This document shows, piece by piece, positions 1-9,470 of a DNA stretch of 64,000 nucleotides. Positions within the stretch are counted from its first letter, which is position 1. Each line of letters starts with the position of its first letter. The position numbers and the translations under genes are program-made. This DNA is from a virus. The DNA is taken from IMG/VR virus record IMGVR_UViG_3300027970_000006; one strand, written 5' to 3'. The notes below the pieces were generated by a model, which did no database searches, was not told the DNA's origin, and worked only from the letters and a program-made list of their open reading frames with translations.

Positions 1-505
1 ACCCTAACTTTGCAGTTTCAGGTGTCATATAATAATGATACCCTATTGTATCAATATTTTGGTCTCTCCAAGGAATATTAGGTAATCTACCATCATAAGA
101 CATTTTCTTTAAGATAAGATAATCTTCCTCATTATCAAGTAAAATCACTCCACCCCTACCTAATGAAAGATGTTTTTGATATTGGAAGCTGACACACATA
201 AATGTGTTAGGGATATAACTATCTTTTCTCCATAATACCGCAGCATCAATAATTATCTTATCCCCATAATTTAACGTATAATAATCTTCCCACTCTTCAT
301 CTCTCCATTCTCTTTCTAATCCCATTTTTTCGGCTAAAAATGGAACAGATAGGTATGTTCTTTTTGGTACGGATATCTTTTTTTCTTTAGTATATCTCAA
401 ACATAACTCAATTCCATGAGTACAACTATCAACCGCAATTGCGTATTTAGACCCAAAAAAATTAGAAATACGATTTTCAAATTCGGAAACAACATTAAAA
501 TTCAT
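1..505 (-). CDS. DegT/DnrJ/EryC1/StrS-family PLP aminotransferase (3' end runs off the window)
   Basis: Manual translation from ATG at 505: MNFNVVSEFENRISNFFGSKYAIAVDSCTHGIELCL...IIDAA...CVSFQYQKHLSLGRGGVIL; SF-x3-K PLP-lysine motif. Confidence 0.85.
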   Translation of the reverse strand, partial: MNFNVVSEFENRISNFFGSKYAIAVDSCTHGIELCLRYTKEKKISVPKRTYLSVPFLAEKMGLEREWRDEEWEDYYTLNYGDKIIIDAAVLWRKDSYIPNTFMCVSFQYQKHLSLGRGGVILLDNEEDYLILKKMSYDGRLPNIPWRDQNIDTIGYHYYMTPETAKLG

Positions 506-508
506 TTT

Positions 509-589
509 TTATTTTTTTAAATTTTGTATCACAAAAATAAATTTTGAGAATATACCTCCCGCCGATACGTTTAAAATAAATCTATCCAT
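509..589 (-). pseudogene. 26-codon ORF, probable truncated gene remnant
   Basis: MDRFILNVSAGGIFSKFIFVIQNLKK*; tightly packed between neighbours and resembles the Gly-rich N-terminal loop of fucosyltransferase-like proteins. Confidence 0.35.
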
Positions 590-611
590 TTTTAAGTAAT
601 CTTTTTGATAA

Positions 612-1478
612 TTATATTATTTTGTTACCTTCCATTTCTTTTGTTAACACCTCAGGATTACTCTTACAAACTCCCAATTCTTCGGTATCACTAATAAAGG
701 TTTTAAAAATGTAGTCCTCCGCATGAGGAAAGTCAATGGATCTTTTAAAGTTATCTATTACCGCATCCATTTTACTATAATAAAGTTCAAATGACAGATC
801 TTCAATTTTAAAATTGTCGTCTAATATTATTATCCCATCCGTATTAAAGTAATCGCCAATATTACTAATCCCATAATAAATTGGAATCGTTCCTGTCATA
901 AAACAATCTGTAATTTTTTCCGTAAACATATTTGAATATGTTGCGTTCTCCATTGCAAATGAAAAACAATAATCTTTTAGCCCATCTTCTTTATTATTTA
1001 TGGGGTTATAACCTCTACTAAAATGATCACATTTATTGGAAAATTTTTTAATAATTTTTTGCCTATAAATGTGTTCAGAACACATGGTTTTGTTTGATGC
1101 AATCATAGAAACCAATTTAGTTTTTGGATATATTTCACCGTGAGATAAAAAAGATTTGGCACTACATTGTGTAAGTTGGAAAATATCCGATAATTTAGAT
1201 AACTCAACGTCGTGAGTAAAAACTTTTTTAAATTTATTTTTTAAAAGTTCAATATTTTTTTCTACCCAATTATATGTATTCGGGGTAATTGTTTTTGATT
1301 CGCATAACCACCCATAGTTTTTTGTCTTTGGATTAGTTGGGGTGTGTAACCCATTATCAATGTGTATTGATATTGGTGCCGACCCATCTTTTACCCACTC
1401 AACAAATTTTGGAGGTAAATCATTTGTTGATATGGTGTGTTGAAAACATCCACCAACCATATTAATTTTAGTCTTCAT
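612..1478 (-). CDS. GT10-like (alpha-1,3-fucosyltransferase-type) glycosyltransferase
   Basis: YCFSFAMEN...FTEKITDCFMTGTIPIYYG matches the GT10 alpha-1,3-FucT motif. Confidence 0.8.
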   Translation of the reverse strand: MKTKINMVGGCFQHTISTNDLPPKFVEWVKDGSAPISIHIDNGLHTPTNPKTKNYGWLCESKTITPNTYNWVEKNIELLKNKFKKVFTHDVELSKLSDIFQLTQCSAKSFLSHGEIYPKTKLVSMIASNKTMCSEHIYRQKIIKKFSNKCDHFSRGYNPINNKEDGLKDYCFSFAMENATYSNMFTEKITDCFMTGTIPIYYGISNIGDYFNTDGIIILDDNFKIEDLSFELYYSKMDAVIDNFKRSIDFPHAEDYIFKTFISDTEELGVCKSNPEVLTKEMEGNKII

Positions 1479-1995
1479 TATATCCTAATAATTTAGCATT
1501 TTCAATAATCCTTGTTGGGTTTATTTTTTTAACCAAAATAGCTGGGTTACCCTTATAAACACCCCATTCTTCAGTGTCTCCAATCAGTAAACTTCTGGCG
1601 GTTAATAACACGCCTTTTCTAAGTGTTGATCCTGGTAAAACAATCGCATTTGTCCCAATATTTGAAAATTCCTCCATTACAACAGGTTCAATAATTTGAG
1701 TGCCTTTTAATTCATTTGGGATCATTGCTCCAAATAATCCACTATCATCAAATCTATCTGACCCACAAATAATTCTAGCTCCGGCCATTATATTATTAAA
1801 TCCTTTTGCGGTAAAAGAACTATTTTTACCTCCAATAATTGTAACATATGGACTAATATGGACATAATCGCCTATTGTTACATTTGTTGAACAATAAACA
1901 CCTTTATCAATTGCAACGTGCGAACCGATTATTAGCAAATCTTGTTTTGACACTACATCATCGTGAACAATAACATCTTTACCTGTTATTTTCAT
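1468..1995 (-). CDS. Hexapeptide-repeat (LbetaH) sugar O-acyltransferase
   Basis: IGSHVAI, IGDYVHISPYVTI, IGTNAIVLPG, YKGNPA motifs. Confidence 0.85.
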   Translation of the reverse strand: MKITGKDVIVHDDVVSKQDLLIIGSHVAIDKGVYCSTNVTIGDYVHISPYVTIIGGKNSSFTAKGFNNIMAGARIICGSDRFDDSGLFGAMIPNELKGTQIIEPVVMEEFSNIGTNAIVLPGSTLRKGVLLTARSLLIGDTEEWGVYKGNPAILVKKINPTRIIENAKLLGYNED

Positions 1996-2606
1996 TATAA
2001 TAAATCTTTAAATTTAGAATTAATCATTTCATCAATGTTAACCTCATTTGATTTTGTTTTAAACATGCCAGAGTTTAAGTGAATATTATCAATTGAATAA
2101 TAATTATCGTAGTTGTTCATATCACTAACAATGAAATGAAAAAGTGTTTTAAATTCAAAATTTTTAATTTTAGACATTTCTTCTAATTTGTCATTAAATA
2201 ATTGTGTAATTATATTTCTTTCATTTTTGGTTTTATAACTCATAGCCCCATTTCCTTGTATGCTATTATTAGAACCTGAAGGTATTGGACCCCAAACACC
2301 TACTTTATACCCTGAATTTATAAAATGGTCTAAAAATAAACAATATCTATCAACACATTCTATAACAACATCTTCATATGTTCTATTATTATTATCGGCA
2401 ACAAACCCTAAATGACACCTAGCATCAATTTCACCAAAAGAAAAGAATATATAATCCGAATTTTTGTTTATAGGGTTAGACAATAAAAAACTATCTATTT
2501 GTGAAATTTTTTTTATGTTTTGATATGCCGTTGGTGCCGTCAGCCACAATTTAACATATGAATCATTAAATGATTGTACGTGACTATCTCCTACTAAATA
2601 AATCAT
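1995..2606 (-). CDS. SGNH/GDSL-like hydrolase or acyltransferase
   Basis: N-terminal GDSH, central FGEID, C-terminal DNIH. Confidence 0.7.
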   Translation of the reverse strand: MIYLVGDSHVQSFNDSYVKLWLTAPTAYQNIKKISQIDSFLLSNPINKNSDYIFFSFGEIDARCHLGFVADNNNRTYEDVVIECVDRYCLFLDHFINSGYKVGVWGPIPSGSNNSIQGNGAMSYKTKNERNIITQLFNDKLEEMSKIKNFEFKTLFHFIVSDMNNYDNYYSIDNIHLNSGMFKTKSNEVNIDEMINSKFKDLL

Positions 2607-2612
2607 AATTTT

Positions 2613-3230
2613 TTATTTTTTACCCCATGATTCCCAAACAAATGGATAATCAAAATTTATTTTAAATTCATTATCCAATAAATTATTACGGATTTTTTCT
2701 CTTCTTTCTATATCACCCTCAATCCCCAAATGAAATTGGATTTGTATGTTTTTAAATTTGTTAATTGATCCGGTTGATATCATATTTTCTAATAATGGAT
2801 ATTCGTCACCCTCAATATTAATCTGAATTAGGTCAACATACTCTAACCCAAAATTATTTAATATAGTGTCAATTGTGTTAAATTTAACATTTACCCCATC
2901 CCCATTAATTAAATTAGATGATGACCCATCTCCACCCATATAAATAACCCCATCTTTATCTTCAATACCTGCACCAACATTTAATAATCTTACTTTAGGG
3001 TTATTTGCGAATTTGGATACCATTCCATCATAAAAACTATGTATTGGTTCTAAGATATAAACATTTGGATTATATTTATCTACCATTTGTTGTGCCCAAA
3101 CCCCAGTATATCCACCCAAATCCATAATGATTGAGTTTTCATTTAAATCGTATGTTATGTTATGGGTATAATCTCCCCTATCATTAAACCATCTACCTAT
3201 CTCATTACTATTTAAAGTTAAATTACTCAT
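2613..3230 (-). CDS. FkbM-family methyltransferase
   Basis: MDLGGYTG SAM motif, LEP, DLIQINIEGDEY. Confidence 0.85.
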   Translation of the reverse strand: MSNLTLNSNEIGRWFNDRGDYTHNITYDLNENSIIMDLGGYTGVWAQQMVDKYNPNVYILEPIHSFYDGMVSKFANNPKVRLLNVGAGIEDKDGVIYMGGDGSSSNLINGDGVNVKFNTIDTILNNFGLEYVDLIQINIEGDEYPLLENMISTGSINKFKNIQIQFHLGIEGDIERREKIRNNLLDNEFKINFDYPFVWESWGKK

Positions 3231-3642
3231 TTGTTATAAATTTTTTATCAAGTGATTGTCCTTCATAAGGACCAGTTTTATATTCATATACGATTGTATT
3301 ATCTTCTAAAATTTCATAAGTGTGACCACCGTAAAGTGTGAAACTAGCATCTCCAGCTTGGAGTATTGGAGTCGCAATAATTGTGTCATCAATATCAAAT
3401 AAAATACATCTAACACTACCTTTAATAACAACCCAAGATTCTTGAGCAATTTGTTCCGTATAGTGTCTATCTTTAGTAATATGTTTATGTGGTGGAAATG
3501 TTTTATCTTTTTCCATCTTTAATGTTGCACATTGAATAAAATTATCTTCAGGTATAACTTCTGTTCTACCATTGATTTCATCCAACCTATTAATTACGTG
3601 TAATAGTTTGTCTGTTTCTACTTTTGAGTATATTTTTTCCAT
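3223..3642 (-). CDS. Cupin-fold protein (WbuC-like / sugar isomerase)
   Basis: PHKH...QESWVVIKG...GGHTYEILE...EYKTGPY. Confidence 0.7.
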   Translation of the reverse strand: MEKIYSKVETDKLLHVINRLDEINGRTEVIPEDNFIQCATLKMEKDKTFPPHKHITKDRHYTEQIAQESWVVIKGSVRCILFDIDDTIIATPILQAGDASFTLYGGHTYEILEDNTIVYEYKTGPYEGQSLDKKFITNE

Positions 3643-3645
3643 TTC

Positions 3646-4434
3646 TTATTTGTTAAGGTTTATCCATTCTGATGGGAATAGTGTTGATATATTAAGGTGG
3701 GCATTTGATGACCCAAACCATTTATTTGTTGTAATTACTTTCTTGTCTTTATTTGGATTTAGATATGCTGCCCACCAACTGAATGTGCTATTACAAATTA
3801 TGTTATCTTTACATAAACTCATCGTATATAAATCTAACCAATCTTTACCCGAAGTATAGAATATTTTATTGGGTAAATAATCAAACATATTTTTAACCCC
3901 ATCTAAATCATCACTAAAAATTAAAAAAGTATTATTTATACCAATAATTTTTGCCGCCTCTTTATAATATTCTTCAGATTGTTGTGGGTGATGATTTGGG
4001 TATTTTAAATAATCACCTCTTCTAATATGTATAGAAACATAATTATTAACTTCAGGTAAACTTTTTAATATCTCATTTTTAATTTCTTCCGTAGGTTTAA
4101 AAATATCTATAATAGTTTGTTTATTATTTATAAAATATTTTTCACTCTGAAAGTACCCATCTAATAGTAAATTAATTCCTTTATTGTATTTTATTTCTTG
4201 GTAATTAAATTGGGTTTCAGTATGAACAAAATAATTTTGTGGCAACCTATCAATAAAATTAAAATTTCTTAAAATATTATTATCATAATTTTTATAATCA
4301 GGATCGATAGGTCTTATAAATTCTTTAGAAAAAACATAATCAACCCCATTATCAATTGACATACTGATTGATGCCGCAAGTTTAAACATTACATTACCAA
4401 TACCACCCCGATGATTTGTTGTTATAAAATTCAT
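3646..4434 (-). CDS. GT11 alpha-1,2-fucosyltransferase-like
   Basis: GGIGNVMF, GYFQSEKYF, HIRRGDY, FSDD, NSTFSWWAAYL. Confidence 0.9.
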   Translation of the reverse strand: MNFITTNHRGGIGNVMFKLAASISMSIDNGVDYVFSKEFIRPIDPDYKNYDNNILRNFNFIDRLPQNYFVHTETQFNYQEIKYNKGINLLLDGYFQSEKYFINNKQTIIDIFKPTEEIKNEILKSLPEVNNYVSIHIRRGDYLKYPNHHPQQSEEYYKEAAKIIGINNTFLIFSDDLDGVKNMFDYLPNKIFYTSGKDWLDLYTMSLCKDNIICNSTFSWWAAYLNPNKDKKVITTNKWFGSSNAHLNISTLFPSEWINLNK

Positions 4435-4437
4435 AAA

Positions 4438-5067
4438 TCACTTTATCAACCATTTATAATCTGTAACCTTATTTTCTATATCGCTAAAACTAACTCTTTG
4501 GGTTGCAATTACAGGGTAAAAAGAATAAACATTTAATGATTTTTGTAATTCAGCGTATATCACATCTAATGCGTTATCGTATTTTTTTAATCTTTCTAAT
4601 ATGACATTAAATGATTTTTTATTTATTGCAACGCAATGAGTACTAAATGTGTTATGTAATTTGCAAACCTTTTCATTTACTATTACTGGTGGATTTATTC
4701 CCATATGTGTATTATGGTTTCCCCCAAAATATAACATATCCCAATCTTTTGGTAACATATTAAAATACTCGTCCATGTCCTCAACTTGTTTTTCAAACTC
4801 AACGTCGTCCTCTAATATTAATATTGAATTATAATCATTTTGAATTGATTCCTCTAATATTTGTATGTTTGTTAAAACTAATGCCAACCTTGATGGTGTC
4901 ATAAAACCTGATGAGGTTTGGTTTAACTCTTTTCCGTCTACAGCTTTAAATCTATTAACGTTTGTTAGTTTGTTTTTTTCAAATTCAACAACACATTCAC
5001 TCCACCTATCTGGTCTACGATCTAAATTTACGCAATATGTTTTATCAAAAAATTCTGTTATTTTCAT
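4438..5067 (-). CDS. GT25 glycosyltransferase
   Basis: VNLDRRPDR, RFKAVDG, ILILEDD. Confidence 0.85.
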   Translation of the reverse strand: MKITEFFDKTYCVNLDRRPDRWSECVVEFEKNKLTNVNRFKAVDGKELNQTSSGFMTPSRLALVLTNIQILEESIQNDYNSILILEDDVEFEKQVEDMDEYFNMLPKDWDMLYFGGNHNTHMGINPPVIVNEKVCKLHNTFSTHCVAINKKSFNVILERLKKYDNALDVIYAELQKSLNVYSFYPVIATQRVSFSDIENKVTDYKWLIK

Positions 5068-5627
5068 TAGTGATTTATGTTATAATATATTTCAGGTGTT
5101 ACAACCCAATTATTGGTTAAAGATTTTAATTTAACTATAAAATCAAAATCTTCACCATCTCTATTATTGTCAAATAATAAATTTTCAAATTTGTTTTTAA
5201 AACAAAATGATATTCCTACTTGACCAAATTTTATTTGGTCACTTGTTAGTGGTGGTAATACAATTCCATTTTCATAAACCATTCTCCAAAGAACAAAGTC
5301 AAAATTAGAATACTTTGTAAAAAGATCCTCAACGTATTTATGATGAATTGAATCGTCATCGTCTAAAAAGCCAATCCATTCTGTATTAACCAATTTTATT
5401 CCTTCATTCCTTACTAAACCTGATTTTCCATGATGACCACTAAAACCACCAAGTTTATCAATTTTTATTGTTTTAATTCTATCGTCATTAAAAGAAATGC
5501 CATCAACACCATCATAAACAATAATACATCTCCAATTTGTATTTGTTTGGTTCAATAATGAATCAATAGTTCTATCTAATGTGGGTCTGTTTAATGACGG
5601 TATAATAAATGTAATTTTTTCCTCCAT
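5067..5627 (-). CDS. GT2-like (GT-A) glycosyltransferase
   Basis: FIIPS, SLLNQT, RNEG, FLDDDD, GEDFDF. Confidence 0.8.
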   Translation of the reverse strand: MEEKITFIIPSLNRPTLDRTIDSLLNQTNTNWRCIIVYDGVDGISFNDDRIKTIKIDKLGGFSGHHGKSGLVRNEGIKLVNTEWIGFLDDDDSIHHKYVEDLFTKYSNFDFVLWRMVYENGIVLPPLTSDQIKFGQVGISFCFKNKFENLLFDNNRDGEDFDFIVKLKSLTNNWVVTPEIYYNINH

Positions 5628-5628
5628 A

Positions 5629-7125
5629 CTACTTTTTAAATAGTTTATTATAATTTTTATTTATAAACGGTAATAAAGTGTTGTTATAATCGTAAGACTC
5701 TTTATTTCTTGACTCAACACTTTTACCTCTGGTTTGACTTTCAAAATGATACGACACCAAACTACCATCATAATAATTTTTAAATCCTAAAAGTACACAA
5801 GAAAGGTTCAATTCAACATCTTCAAAACAAACGGTGTATTTTTCATTAAATCCTCCAATTTTATTAAACAAGATTTTTCTTATCATCATTAACGCCGCGG
5901 TATTTCCATAAACATCTTTTGTTCCGGTTGTGTATAAATAATATGACCCAAGATTGGCGTGTGTTAGCGTTAAATTTTGATCACCTCCTAACCCAAATAT
6001 AATTCCATCGTGTTGTATTGTGTTATCTTCAAAATGTAATCTACACCCAACCGTCCCAACTCTAGATTTTTCTTTAAAAAGTTTTAACATGCCATAAATC
6101 ACATTATTCAATATTTTAATGTCATTATTACAGAATAATAAAAATTCGTAATCTTCATTTACATGATTTTTAACAACATCGTTGTTAATTTTAGCAAAAT
6201 TGTAATAATCGTATTCAATTAAATTAACATTGCCTAATGGTAAAATTTGAGATTTAATTTGATTTTTTTCATCATCTGTTGACCCGGTGTCGGCAATGAA
6301 AATTTCAAAATAGTCTTGATTACAGTGGTCATAAAAAGACTTAACACAATCATATAACATATCAACATTACCCTTTGTTGGTATTATTATTGCAACTTTA
6401 CCAATATTTTTTATTGGTTTTTCTTTAATAAGTGGAACGAAGATTTCAGAGGGTTTTAAATCTAAAGGTAATTTATCTTTCCATTTCTCAACAAACTTAT
6501 CTTTGCTCATCCAAAATTCATCATTTGGTTTTCCAACAGATTCATGGGTGATATCAAAAGAAGATGTTACCCCAATTTTAATTCCGTCCAAATAATTTGG
6601 AACACAAAACCCATGATCGTAAAAATGGAACTTCCCAATCGTCTCATCAAAGTTGTGTTTGATTTTTGTTTTATCAAAAGAAATGAACAATCCATCAATG
6701 GTCACCACTGGAATTAAACTATCCATTTTTATTGAATACCTGTTAATCCATTTTTTTTGACCTTCAGGGTGGTGATAAACTTGACCCACCATTGTTTGAT
6801 TCATTCTTTCCCAATAAACACCAGACTCAGGAAAATAACAAGACCCTGCTTTCCCAATTATACTGAATTCGGGGTTATTAGAAAAATCATCTAAGAGTTT
6901 TTTACCCCACCCTTTTTCAAGTTTTATGTCGTTATGACAACAAACTACAATATCATATATTGATTCGGTAATTCCTGAATTATAAAGTTCCGATAATGAA
7001 AATTGGTTATGATTTTCATATTCCAATATTTGAACGTCTTTAACCCCAACGGTATTTAATAAATGTTGTTGGAATTTTTTATTGTAATCTTGATCTTTAT
7101 GTGTTGAGTAAATTATCGTTATCAT
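5629..7125 (-). CDS. Two-domain GT-A/GT2 glycosyltransferase
   Basis: Domain 1 CHNDI...DGLF...FHFYD; domain 2 IIIPTK, ADTGS, FCNNDI, GGFNE, FEDVEL, HFESQTRG. Confidence 0.85.
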   Translation of the reverse strand: MITIIYSTHKDQDYNKKFQQHLLNTVGVKDVQILEYENHNQFSLSELYNSGITESIYDIVVCCHNDIKLEKGWGKKLLDDFSNNPEFSIIGKAGSCYFPESGVYWERMNQTMVGQVYHHPEGQKKWINRYSIKMDSLIPVVTIDGLFISFDKTKIKHNFDETIGKFHFYDHGFCVPNYLDGIKIGVTSSFDITHESVGKPNDEFWMSKDKFVEKWKDKLPLDLKPSEIFVPLIKEKPIKNIGKVAIIIPTKGNVDMLYDCVKSFYDHCNQDYFEIFIADTGSTDDEKNQIKSQILPLGNVNLIEYDYYNFAKINNDVVKNHVNEDYEFLLFCNNDIKILNNVIYGMLKLFKEKSRVGTVGCRLHFEDNTIQHDGIIFGLGGDQNLTLTHANLGSYYLYTTGTKDVYGNTAALMMIRKILFNKIGGFNEKYTVCFEDVELNLSCVLLGFKNYYDGSLVSYHFESQTRGKSVESRNKESYDYNNTLLPFINKNYNKLFKK

Positions 7126-7131
7126 ATTTTT

Positions 7132-7818
7132 TTAACTATTTTTATAATCTATTAATTTCGGTAATACTAAATTAAGATAACGTTTAAATTCATTTTCATC
7201 CATAATACCTTTAAAAGAATTAACATTAAACGAACACATAACTAAATTATCTTTAGTGTATCCTAATTTTGGGTCTAACCTTTCTATTGAGATGCTATTA
7301 AAGTTGAGAGTCCCTTTATTATGTGTAATATCAATACCAGTATAATAACATTTGCCGTTTTGTAAATTATAGATATTAAATAGGTCTCCTTTCAATAAAT
7401 CAAATGGTACATTTTGTAGTTGACATTTTTTTCTTAGGGATGGTAATTTACTATTAAAATAATGTTCTAATGAATTTTTATAACTTTCAGACTTCTTTTT
7501 ATACCCTTTTTTGACACATTCATATTTAGAAAAACATTCCTTACAAACTTTTTGGTATCCGTCATAACTTGACCTATTTTTGGAAAACTCTTCAGTTAAT
7601 TTAAATTCTTTACATTTAAAACATTTCTTTTTTCCATCAATAATTGGTTTACACCTGTGTTTTGATTTAGAATATGTAAATTTTTTATTTGCAACCATAC
7701 CACATGATAAACAAACACATTTCACCGGTTTTTGACTACCATAAGTCAATCCATTTGAGTAGTATCCAAATTCATTAAATGTTAATTGTTCATTAATTTG
7801 CCACTGACCATAACTCAT
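7132..7818 (-). CDS. Zn-finger/HNH-like homing endonuclease (likely start MSYGQW at 7818)
   Basis: CxxC pairs (CLSC, CFKC, CKEC); GKCYYTG...SISIERLDPKLGYTKDNLVMCSFNVNSFK. Confidence 0.7.
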   Translation of the reverse strand: MSYGQWQINEQLTFNEFGYYSNGLTYGSQKPVKCVCLSCGMVANKKFTYSKSKHRCKPIIDGKKKCFKCKEFKLTEEFSKNRSSYDGYQKVCKECFSKYECVKKGYKKKSESYKNSLEHYFNSKLPSLRKKCQLQNVPFDLLKGDLFNIYNLQNGKCYYTGIDITHNKGTLNFNSISIERLDPKLGYTKDNLVMCSFNVNSFKGIMDENEFKRYLNLVLPKLIDYKNS

Positions 7819-7879
7819 AATATTTATATTTTGTTTTTTATTTAAATATAAATACTTGATAAATAAAAAAGGATTTAAT

Positions 7880-8491
7880 CTAAAACAAATTTGTTGACCC
7901 AAAACCATTATCGTTTCTATCTTTATTTTCTAATTTATTTTTTTCAACAAAGTTAATCCATTTACCTGAAACTACTGGACATAAAACCGCTTGAGCAATT
8001 TTTTGACCCTTCTCAATTTTAACTTTATTTTTTGTTGTGTTAAATAAAATAACTTTAATTTCCCCCAAATATCCTTGATCAATTGTTCCTGGAGAATTCA
8101 AAACCATAAGTCCTTGTTTTAAAGCCAAACCACTTTTTGATCTAACTTGAATTTCATATCCATCAGGAATATCAAAATGAAGACCAGTTGAAATTAGTTC
8201 CCTATCAAACGAATGAATCCACTTATCTTCGGTTGAATATAAATCAAAACCCGAATCTGATTCATAAACATGCTTTGGATTAACGGAATCTACATTAGAT
8301 TTAACAAATTCTAAATCAATTTTTGGTAAGTATTCTTCCATTTCTTGTTCTAACTCTGGAATATCTAATCCAAAAGTTTTCATTATCAGATCATAATCAA
8401 TATCATCATCTTCTTTATTGGTCATGGAATCTAATATTTCTCTAATATCGTTCATATCTTTTTCAGATATATCATCAAACTCTTCGCTCAT
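7880..8491 (-). CDS. dut: Trimeric dUTPase with acidic N-terminal extension
   Basis: SGFDL, RSKSGLA, NSPGTIDQGYLGE, KIAQAV, RNDNGFGST (motifs I-V). Confidence 0.95.
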   Translation of the reverse strand: MSEEFDDISEKDMNDIREILDSMTNKEDDDIDYDLIMKTFGLDIPELEQEMEEYLPKIDLEFVKSNVDSVNPKHVYESDSGFDLYSTEDKWIHSFDRELISTGLHFDIPDGYEIQVRSKSGLALKQGLMVLNSPGTIDQGYLGEIKVILFNTTKNKVKIEKGQKIAQAVLCPVVSGKWINFVEKNKLENKDRNDNGFGSTNLF

Positions 8492-9216
8492 TATTTTAAA
8501 CTTTTTAATTTCATTATTGCGTCTATCAACACATTTACATCTTTTTCGCAGTATTCTGCAATTTCTTTTAACCTATTATGTTCCCAATACGCTTCGTGTA
8601 CCATACCCCCATTAATCTCACCATCTTTTGGTGTTGGTATGTCTAAACAAGCACACATTAAATCTAATGAACCAACTGCGGTGTATGCCCCATATTGCCA
8701 AATTTCTTTTGTATCAATTGCTTTAATTTCCCAAGGCTTTGTATCGTATGAAGGAAGAATCTTAGATGGCATAATCCCATTAATTATCATTCGTTTTGCT
8801 AACATAGGGATATCAAAGTTTTTTAGATTATGACCACAAAGATAAAAATCTAGTTTATGACATCTGTTTAAAAGATCCCTAACTTGTATTAGTAATTCAT
8901 GTTCATCATCTCCTGAAAATGTTTGTTTTTTTGTTTCTCCGTTGTCTAAAACAAAAGACATGGATACACAAACTATCTTTGCGAACTCAGGAACAAGAGC
9001 CGATCTTTTTTTAAACACTATATTCATATGTTCTTCCGTTGATCTGTCTTTCTCCCATTCTTTATCTTCAGGAAATCTTTTTAAAAACCAATCAAAGTAT
9101 TTGTCAAATTGCTCTGCGACTTTAGGGTTAGTTTTAATACATGATTGATAATCAGAACACCCACCAACGGTTTCAATGTCTAAAAATAAAATTTTTGTTA
9201 TTGGTATGTTAATCAT
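8491..9216 (-). CDS. Stand-alone PolB-related 3'-5' exonuclease (DEDDy)
   Basis: FLDIET, GHNLKNFDIPML, YCEKDV. Confidence 0.85.
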   Translation of the reverse strand: MINIPITKILFLDIETVGGCSDYQSCIKTNPKVAEQFDKYFDWFLKRFPEDKEWEKDRSTEEHMNIVFKKRSALVPEFAKIVCVSMSFVLDNGETKKQTFSGDDEHELLIQVRDLLNRCHKLDFYLCGHNLKNFDIPMLAKRMIINGIMPSKILPSYDTKPWEIKAIDTKEIWQYGAYTAVGSLDLMCACLDIPTPKDGEINGGMVHEAYWEHNRLKEIAEYCEKDVNVLIDAIMKLKSLK

Positions 9217-9224
9217 TTTTTTAT

Positions 9225-9467
9225 TTAATTATTTGACGTTATTTTACCACCAAAAGGAAATCCAGCAAACCCTTCTAAATCCATAATTGACTCTAAAAGT
9301 GAAATACAATTGGTTTCGTCTTTTGAATTAAATTGATGTGATTTAAACTTATATGATGAGTCATCAGCGATAATATAAAACAACATAAAATTTTCGTTTG
9401 TTGACGGATGATTGATATAGTTATCGTATACTTCTTGTGGTGTTAATTGTTGTGTTAATGTGTTCAT
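9225..9467 (-). CDS. Hypothetical protein
   Basis: 80-aa ORF packed co-directionally in the operon. Confidence 0.6.
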   Translation of the reverse strand: MNTLTQQLTPQEVYDNYINHPSTNENFMLFYIIADDSSYKFKSHQFNSKDETNCISLLESIMDLEGFAGFPFGGKITSNN

Positions 9468-9470
9468 ATT

